Below are positions 59,353 to 64,000 of a stretch of 64,000 nt of DNA, one piece after another. How positions within the stretch are numbered: position 1 is the first letter of the stretch; every line of letters starts with the position of its first letter. The translations under genes and the position numbers were made by a program. The stretch comes from Thermoanaerobaculia bacterium (GTDB taxonomy: Bacteria > Acidobacteriota > Thermoanaerobaculia > Multivoradales > Multivoraceae). Where the stretch lies: assembly GCA_963666565.1 (NCBI GenBank), contig OY762911.1:2656001-2720000 (forward strand). Reading direction: 5' to 3'. The notes under the pieces are model-generated. The model had not been told where the DNA came from. It worked only from the letters and a program-made list of their open reading frames with translations, and did not search any database.

Positions 59353-60432
59353 TTACCGGCGCCAGCGCAGCCCCGCGTGCAGGCTGACGTCCACCGCCGA
59401 GCCGTACTTGGCCGTGTTGTTCGTGAGGCTGAAGTAGGCGGCGCGGTTGCCGCTTGCATCGGCGGAAGAGAGGCTGCGGGTCCAGCCGATGTCGATCAGG
59501 GTCGCCGTGACGCCGAGGATGGAGAGGTTGAGCTGGCGGAAGGGGCTCTGCTGATGGCGGAGCTGAAGGACCATCGAGGACCTGGGGCCGATGGGGCGTT
59601 CGCCGGAGATGGCGACGGTGACGATGCTCTGCGGCTTCAGCGTCAGCAGGTCGTGGCCGCCGAGCCGGGTGAAGCCGGCGTTGGCGTAAAGCGTCCACCG
59701 CCGCCAGGGGCGGGAGACAAGGTACTGAACGGCGGCGTCGACCGAGCCGGTGCCGTGGAAGTTGTCGTCGTTGGCGGTCGGTAGCTTGAGCTGGACCTGG
59801 ATGGCCTGCCGCCAGCCGGCGGATTCCGGTCCGAGACCGGACTTGAGCGAGACGATCGTTTCCCCAAGGCCGAGCCCGGCTTGCTCGAAGCGAACGAACC
59901 GGAGCTGTTCCCCGAAACCGCCGGGGCCGTCGCGGCGGAAGTAGAGGGCGTAGCCGTTCTCAAGGGTCTGGGGCCGCCCGGACTGGCGGAAGCCGAAGAA
60001 ATCGTGAAAGCCCTCGATCAGTGGGTCGACGAAACCGCCGTCCGCGTTGACGATGGAGGTTCGGAGGCCGAGTTCGAGCCGCCGTCCGAAGCGCCTGCGC
60101 GCGTCGAGCGTCAGCCGGTGGACTTCCATGTCGGCGAAGTAGATCCCTTCGAAGCCGGGCCAGGGGGAGATGCCGTCAAGCTCCTCGGGCGTGACCGCTC
60201 CCCGGTAGCGGCGCCCTTCGATGACCTCGGAGACGGACGGCGATCGCAGCCAGAAGCTGGACAGTCCCAGGGACGCGGTGACTTGCCACCGGCCGCTTGG
60301 CGACCGCGCGTTCGCCGGCGCCTCGACCGGCAGGCTCAGGAACCCGGAGCCGCTGCCCAGCCAGACCTCGGCCACGGGCAGCGGACCGAACCGGTGTTCC
60401 TGGGCGCCGAGGGAAGAGGCAGCCGCGAGCAC
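59353..60432 (-). CDS. DUF3187-like outer-membrane beta-barrel protein (start may lie ~40 nt upstream)
   Basis: Signal-like N-terminus; GGF.D..IEGFHDFFG...GRP; QLKLPT....GTGS.D; amphipathic strands. Confidence 0.7.
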   Translation of the reverse strand: MLAAASSLGAQEHRFGPLPVAEVWLGSGSGFLSLPVEAPANARSPSGRWQVTASLGLSSFWLRSPSVSEVIEGRRYRGAVTPEELDGISPWPGFEGIYFADMEVHRLTLDARRRFGRRLELGLRTSIVNADGGFVDPLIEGFHDFFGFRQSGRPQTLENGYALYFRRDGPGGFGEQLRFVRFEQAGLGLGETIVSLKSGLGPESAGWRQAIQVQLKLPTANDDNFHGTGSVDAAVQYLVSRPWRRWTLYANAGFTRLGGHDLLTLKPQSIVTVAISGERPIGPRSSMVLQLRHQQSPFRQLNLSILGVTATLIDIGWTRSLSSADASGNRAAYFSLTNNTAKYGSAVDVSLHAGLRWRR

Positions 60433-60472
60433 GCTCGCCGCTGCCGCGAGGACGGTCAGGCGAGATCGCAGG

Positions 60473-62815
60473 TTACTGCGTCGCCTCCGCCGCCTGGATC
60501 GCCTGCCAGACGCGCTCCGGCTTGGCCGGCATGTCGATGTTCGTGACGCCGAGCGGCCGCAGGGCGTCGACGATCGCGTTGACGATGCAGGGCGTGGCCC
60601 CGATCGTGCCCAGTTCGCCGATGCCCTTGGCGCCGAGCGGGTTGATGGGCGTCGGCGTCACCGTGTTGTCGAGCGCCATGCGCGGGAACTGCTTCGCCCG
60701 CGGCACCGCGTAGTCCATCAGGGTGCCGGACAGAAGCTGGCCGCCCTCGTCGTACTGGACTTCCTCCCACATCGCCTGGCCGATGCCCTGGACGACGCCG
60801 CCGAGGCGCTGGCCGTCGGCGAGCATGGGGTTCATCACCTCGCCGAAGTCGTCGACCGCGACGTAGCGCTGGATCTCGATCTGGCCGCTCTCGGGATCGA
60901 TCTCGACCTGACAGAGATGCGCGCCGAACGGGAACGTCGTCGCCGACGGCTCGAAGCGGGCGACCGCCTCCAGGCCCGGTTCCTCGCCGGGCACGGCTAC
61001 GCTCCAGAGGTGCGCCTTCTCGGCCACCTCGCGGAAAGTCAGTTTGCGGTCCGTGCCGCTGACGGTGAACTCGCCGTCCTCGTAGTCGATCCGGTCGACG
61101 GGCGCGTCGAGATGGTGAGCGGCGATCCTGGCGGCCTTGGCGTGGACCTTGACCAGCGCCATGTCGAGCGCGGCGCCGCCCACCGCGATGCCGCGGCTGC
61201 CGAAGGTACCGACGCCGTGCTGCACGTGATCCGTGTCGCCGTGGACCACGACCACGTCGTCGAGGCCGACGCCGAAGGCGTCCGACGCCATCTGGGCGAA
61301 GACGGTTTCCTGACCCTGGCCGTGCGGCGACACGCCGGTGTAGACGGTGACGTTGCCGGTCGGCTCGACCCGCACGGTCGCGCTCTCCCAGGTGCCCATG
61401 CGCTGCTGCGGCGTGGCGCCGGTGGAGGGGCCGAGACCGCACACCTCGGTGAAGGTGGCGAGCCCGATGCCGACGAGTCGCCCTTCTTCCCGCGCGCCGC
61501 GCTGCTCCGCGCGGGCTTCGTCGTAGCCGGCGAGCTCCATCAGGCGATCGAGCGACTTCTCGTAGTCGCCGGTGTCGTAGGTTGCGCCCGAGGGCGTGGT
61601 GTGCGGGAAGGCGTCCTTGCCGATGAAGTTCCGGCGCCGCACGGCGACCGGGTCGACGCCGATGGCGGCCGCCACCTCGTCCATCACGCGCTCGATGATG
61701 TACGCGGCCTCCGGGCGTCCGGCGCCGCGGTACGCCTCGGTCGCCATCGTGTTCGTGAACACCGAGGACGTTTCCCACGCGACGGCCTTGATGTCGTAAC
61801 AGCCGCAGGACATCGTGTGGGTGGAGAGGGCGATGAAGGGGCCGAAGAAGGAGCGGAAGGCGCCGATGTCGGCGATCGTCTGTCCCTTGAGCGCCAGCAC
61901 GCGGCCGTCGTTCTGGAACGCGACGTCGATCTTCTCGACGTGGCCGCGGCCGTGGGTCATGCCGAGCAGGTTCTCGGTGCGGGTCTCCGACCACTTCACC
62001 GGCCTCTTCAGGTCGCGCGAAACCCAGCACAGCAGCGCGTCCTCCGCGTAGGTCGGGATCTTGGCGCCGAAGCCCCCGCCGACTTCGGGGGCGATGGCGC
62101 GGATGCGGATCTCCGGGATCCCCAGGCACATCGCGATCTGCTGCTTGACGGAGTGGGGCGCCTGGTTGGAGGTCCAGAGCGTCAGCTTGCCGGGGCCCTC
62201 TTCCCAGTGGGCGCAGATGGCGCGCCCTTCCATCGGGAAGGGCGCGACACGCTGGTTCAGCAGCCGGATCGAGAGGGTCCGGTCGGCCTGCTCGAAGAGC
62301 TTGTCGGCCTCCGGATTGGGAGCGGGAACCTGGAGGCAGACGTTGCTCTCGAGTTCCTCGTAGACCTTCGGCGCGTCCGGCGCGAGCGCGGCCTCGACGT
62401 CCACCACGGCCTCCCGCGGTTCGATGTCGACCTCGACCATGGCGGCCGCGTCGCGCGCGGCGTAAGGGGTGTCGGCGACGACGACCGCGACCGGATGGCC
62501 GACGTAGAGGACGCGGCCGTTCGCCAGCAGCGGGTGGTCGGGCATCCCGGGTATCTCGACGCCGATGGGGGTCGCTCCGACCTGTCCGTCCATGTCGGCA
62601 TAGGTGTAGACGCCCACGACTCCCGGGTGGGCGGCCGCGGCCGCGGTGTCGATGGAACGGATGACGCCGGCGGCGAAGTCGCTGCGTACGAACGCGGCAT
62701 GGGTCGTGCGCGGCAGCTTGACGTCGTCGGTGTAGGTGGCGAGGCCCCGGATGAGGCGCGGATCTTCGCGCCGCTTGATGGGCCGGCCGACGGAGTTGGG
62801 TCTGAACGTCGTCAT
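60473..62815 (-). CDS. coxL: Molybdopterin hydroxylase large subunit (form II CoxL-like)
   Basis: [44 protein letters not shown]. Confidence 0.9.
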   Translation of the reverse strand: MTTFRPNSVGRPIKRREDPRLIRGLATYTDDVKLPRTTHAAFVRSDFAAGVIRSIDTAAAAAHPGVVGVYTYADMDGQVGATPIGVEIPGMPDHPLLANGRVLYVGHPVAVVVADTPYAARDAAAMVEVDIEPREAVVDVEAALAPDAPKVYEELESNVCLQVPAPNPEADKLFEQADRTLSIRLLNQRVAPFPMEGRAICAHWEEGPGKLTLWTSNQAPHSVKQQIAMCLGIPEIRIRAIAPEVGGGFGAKIPTYAEDALLCWVSRDLKRPVKWSETRTENLLGMTHGRGHVEKIDVAFQNDGRVLALKGQTIADIGAFRSFFGPFIALSTHTMSCGCYDIKAVAWETSSVFTNTMATEAYRGAGRPEAAYIIERVMDEVAAAIGVDPVAVRRRNFIGKDAFPHTTPSGATYDTGDYEKSLDRLMELAGYDEARAEQRGAREEGRLVGIGLATFTEVCGLGPSTGATPQQRMGTWESATVRVEPTGNVTVYTGVSPHGQGQETVFAQMASDAFGVGLDDVVVVHGDTDHVQHGVGTFGSRGIAVGGAALDMALVKVHAKAARIAAHHLDAPVDRIDYEDGEFTVSGTDRKLTFREVAEKAHLWSVAVPGEEPGLEAVARFEPSATTFPFGAHLCQVEIDPESGQIEIQRYVAVDDFGEVMNPMLADGQRLGGVVQGIGQAMWEEVQYDEGGQLLSGTLMDYAVPRAKQFPRMALDNTVTPTPINPLGAKGIGELGTIGATPCIVNAIVDALRPLGVTNIDMPAKPERVWQAIQAAEATQ

Positions 62816-63297
62816 GAGGCGTCTCCCGCGAGGTCGGCCGCGTGCTGGACCGCGTCGACGATCTGCTGGTAGCCGGTGCAGCGGCAGATGTTGCCGTCGA
62901 TCGCCTCCCGGATCTCGTCTTCCGACGGGCTCGGGTTGTCGTCGAGCAACTGCTTCGCTGCCATGATCATGCCGGGAGTGCAGTAGCCGCACTGGAGACC
63001 GTGCTTTTCCCAGAAGCCGACCTGCAGCGGATGCAGGTTGTCGGCGTCCGGGGCGAGGCCTTCGATCGTCGTCACCTCCTGGCCGTCGGCCTGAACGGCG
63101 AGGACCGTGCAGCTCTTGACCGCGCGTCCGTTCAGGTGAACGGTGCAGGCGCCGCAGAGGGTGCTCTCGCAGCCGACGTGGACCCCCGTGAGGTCGAGTT
63201 CCTCGCGCAGGAAGTGGACCAGCAGCGTGCGCGGCTCGACGTTGCGCTCGCGTTCGCTGCCGTTGACGGTGATGGAGACGGGGACGGATCCTGGCAT
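62812..63297 (-). CDS. coxS: [2Fe-2S] small subunit (CoxS-like)
   Basis: [32 protein letters not shown]. Confidence 0.93.
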   Translation of the reverse strand: MPGSVPVSITVNGSERERNVEPRTLLVHFLREELDLTGVHVGCESTLCGACTVHLNGRAVKSCTVLAVQADGQEVTTIEGLAPDADNLHPLQVGFWEKHGLQCGYCTPGMIMAAKQLLDDNPSPSEDEIREAIDGNICRCTGYQQIVDAVQHAADLAGDAS

Positions 63298-63407
63298 CGA
63301 TGCTCCTGTCGAATCGGGTGTCGTGGCGGCGGCATGGTATCGCAGCGGCGACGCGCTATGATGCCGTCACTCGGATACAGCAGACCCCTTCGAGCAGGGA
63401 GGCCGAC

Positions 63408-64000
63408 ATGAAGAAGTCGCTCATCGCCATCGCCGTGCTGACTGGACTCGCGGTCGCCGCGTCCGCGGCCGTTGCCGCCGAGGACGGCGTCAGGAGAACC
63501 GCCGACGGCAAGCCGGACTTCACCGGCGTCTACGACATCTCCAGCATCACGCCGTTCGCCAGGCCCAAGGAGTTCGGCGACAAGCTGACCCTCACGCCCG
63601 AGGAGGCGGAGGCGAACGCGAAGCGGCGAGCCGACTCGAACGCGGCCCAGGACGCTCCCAGCGCTTCGGCTGGCGAGCGCGCGGCGCCCGAGAAGGGCGG
63701 CAACGTCGGCGCCTACAACAACTTCTGGTTCGAGTGGGGCAGCCAGAACTTCATGATCGACGGCAAGTACCGGACCTCGGTGCTGACCGATCCGCCGAAC
63801 GGTCAGATGCCGGCGATGACGGAAGAGGGCAAGGCGCGGTCGGCCGTGGCGCCCAAGTTCGCGTGGCCGAATCGCGGCTACGCCTGGTGGCTCGAGTCCG
63901 GCGACATCCCCTACGACGGACCGGAGACGAACATCGTCGGCGTGCGCTGCATGTACCAGCCGACGGCCTCGGTCGCCATCCGTTCGCTGCCGTACAACAA
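63408..64000 (+). CDS. Secreted hypothetical protein (runs off the window)
   Basis: GGAGG RBS; MKKSLIAIAVL signal peptide; RTADGKPDFTGVY, TPFARP, GAYNNFW, RTS..TDPPNG..P, RC, YN. Open frame to the end. Confidence 0.8.
   Translation, partial: MKKSLIAIAVLTGLAVAASAAVAAEDGVRRTADGKPDFTGVYDISSITPFARPKEFGDKLTLTPEEAEANAKRRADSNAAQDAPSASAGERAAPEKGGNVGAYNNFWFEWGSQNFMIDGKYRTSVLTDPPNGQMPAMTEEGKARSAVAPKFAWPNRGYAWWLESGDIPYDGPETNIVGVRCMYQPTASVAIRSLPYN

Noticed and set aside
60473-62815. True aerobic CO dehydrogenase
   Set aside because: The motif is AYRGAGR rather than AYxCSFR, and coxM and the accessory genes are absent.

Overview
A very GC-rich bacterial chromosomal window of about 45 genes. The gene mix (class II DAHP synthase, PilZ+AMIN protein, form II CoxSL, DUF3187, an 'RTADGKPDF' secreted protein) suggests an Acidobacterium such as Thermoanaerobaculia; this taxonomy is inference. 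Most of it is housekeeping, catabolic and transport genes: sucA, oppBC, MATE, argG, MFS, etfAB/tetR/fadF/prpE, isoaspartyl peptidase, SSS symporter, trpS, DAHP synthase, murJ, an oxoprolinase A half, two RND systems, M16 peptidase, GGT, ADH, M20 amidohydrolase and coxSL. The accessory content is three toxin-antitoxin cassettes with no integrase or transposase, each at a gene junction. (1) A vapBC cassette is bracketed by a 44-bp direct repeat of the host gene's 3' end, and VapC reads in frame into the second copy. (2) A hicB-hicA pair overlaps a ~1390-aa sacsin/GHKL-ATPase-NOV(DUF3883) nuclease gene, a candidate undescribed defence operon. (3) A higBA-like pair splits the fadF-tetR-etf cluster. 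Also present are a dispersed REP-like repeat family (about 6 copies), an AT-rich element with inverted IHF-like sites and DnaA-box-like heptamers, and several apparently leaderless genes. I saw no tRNA, rRNA or CRISPR array. All family assignments come from motif recognition by eye, not database searches.
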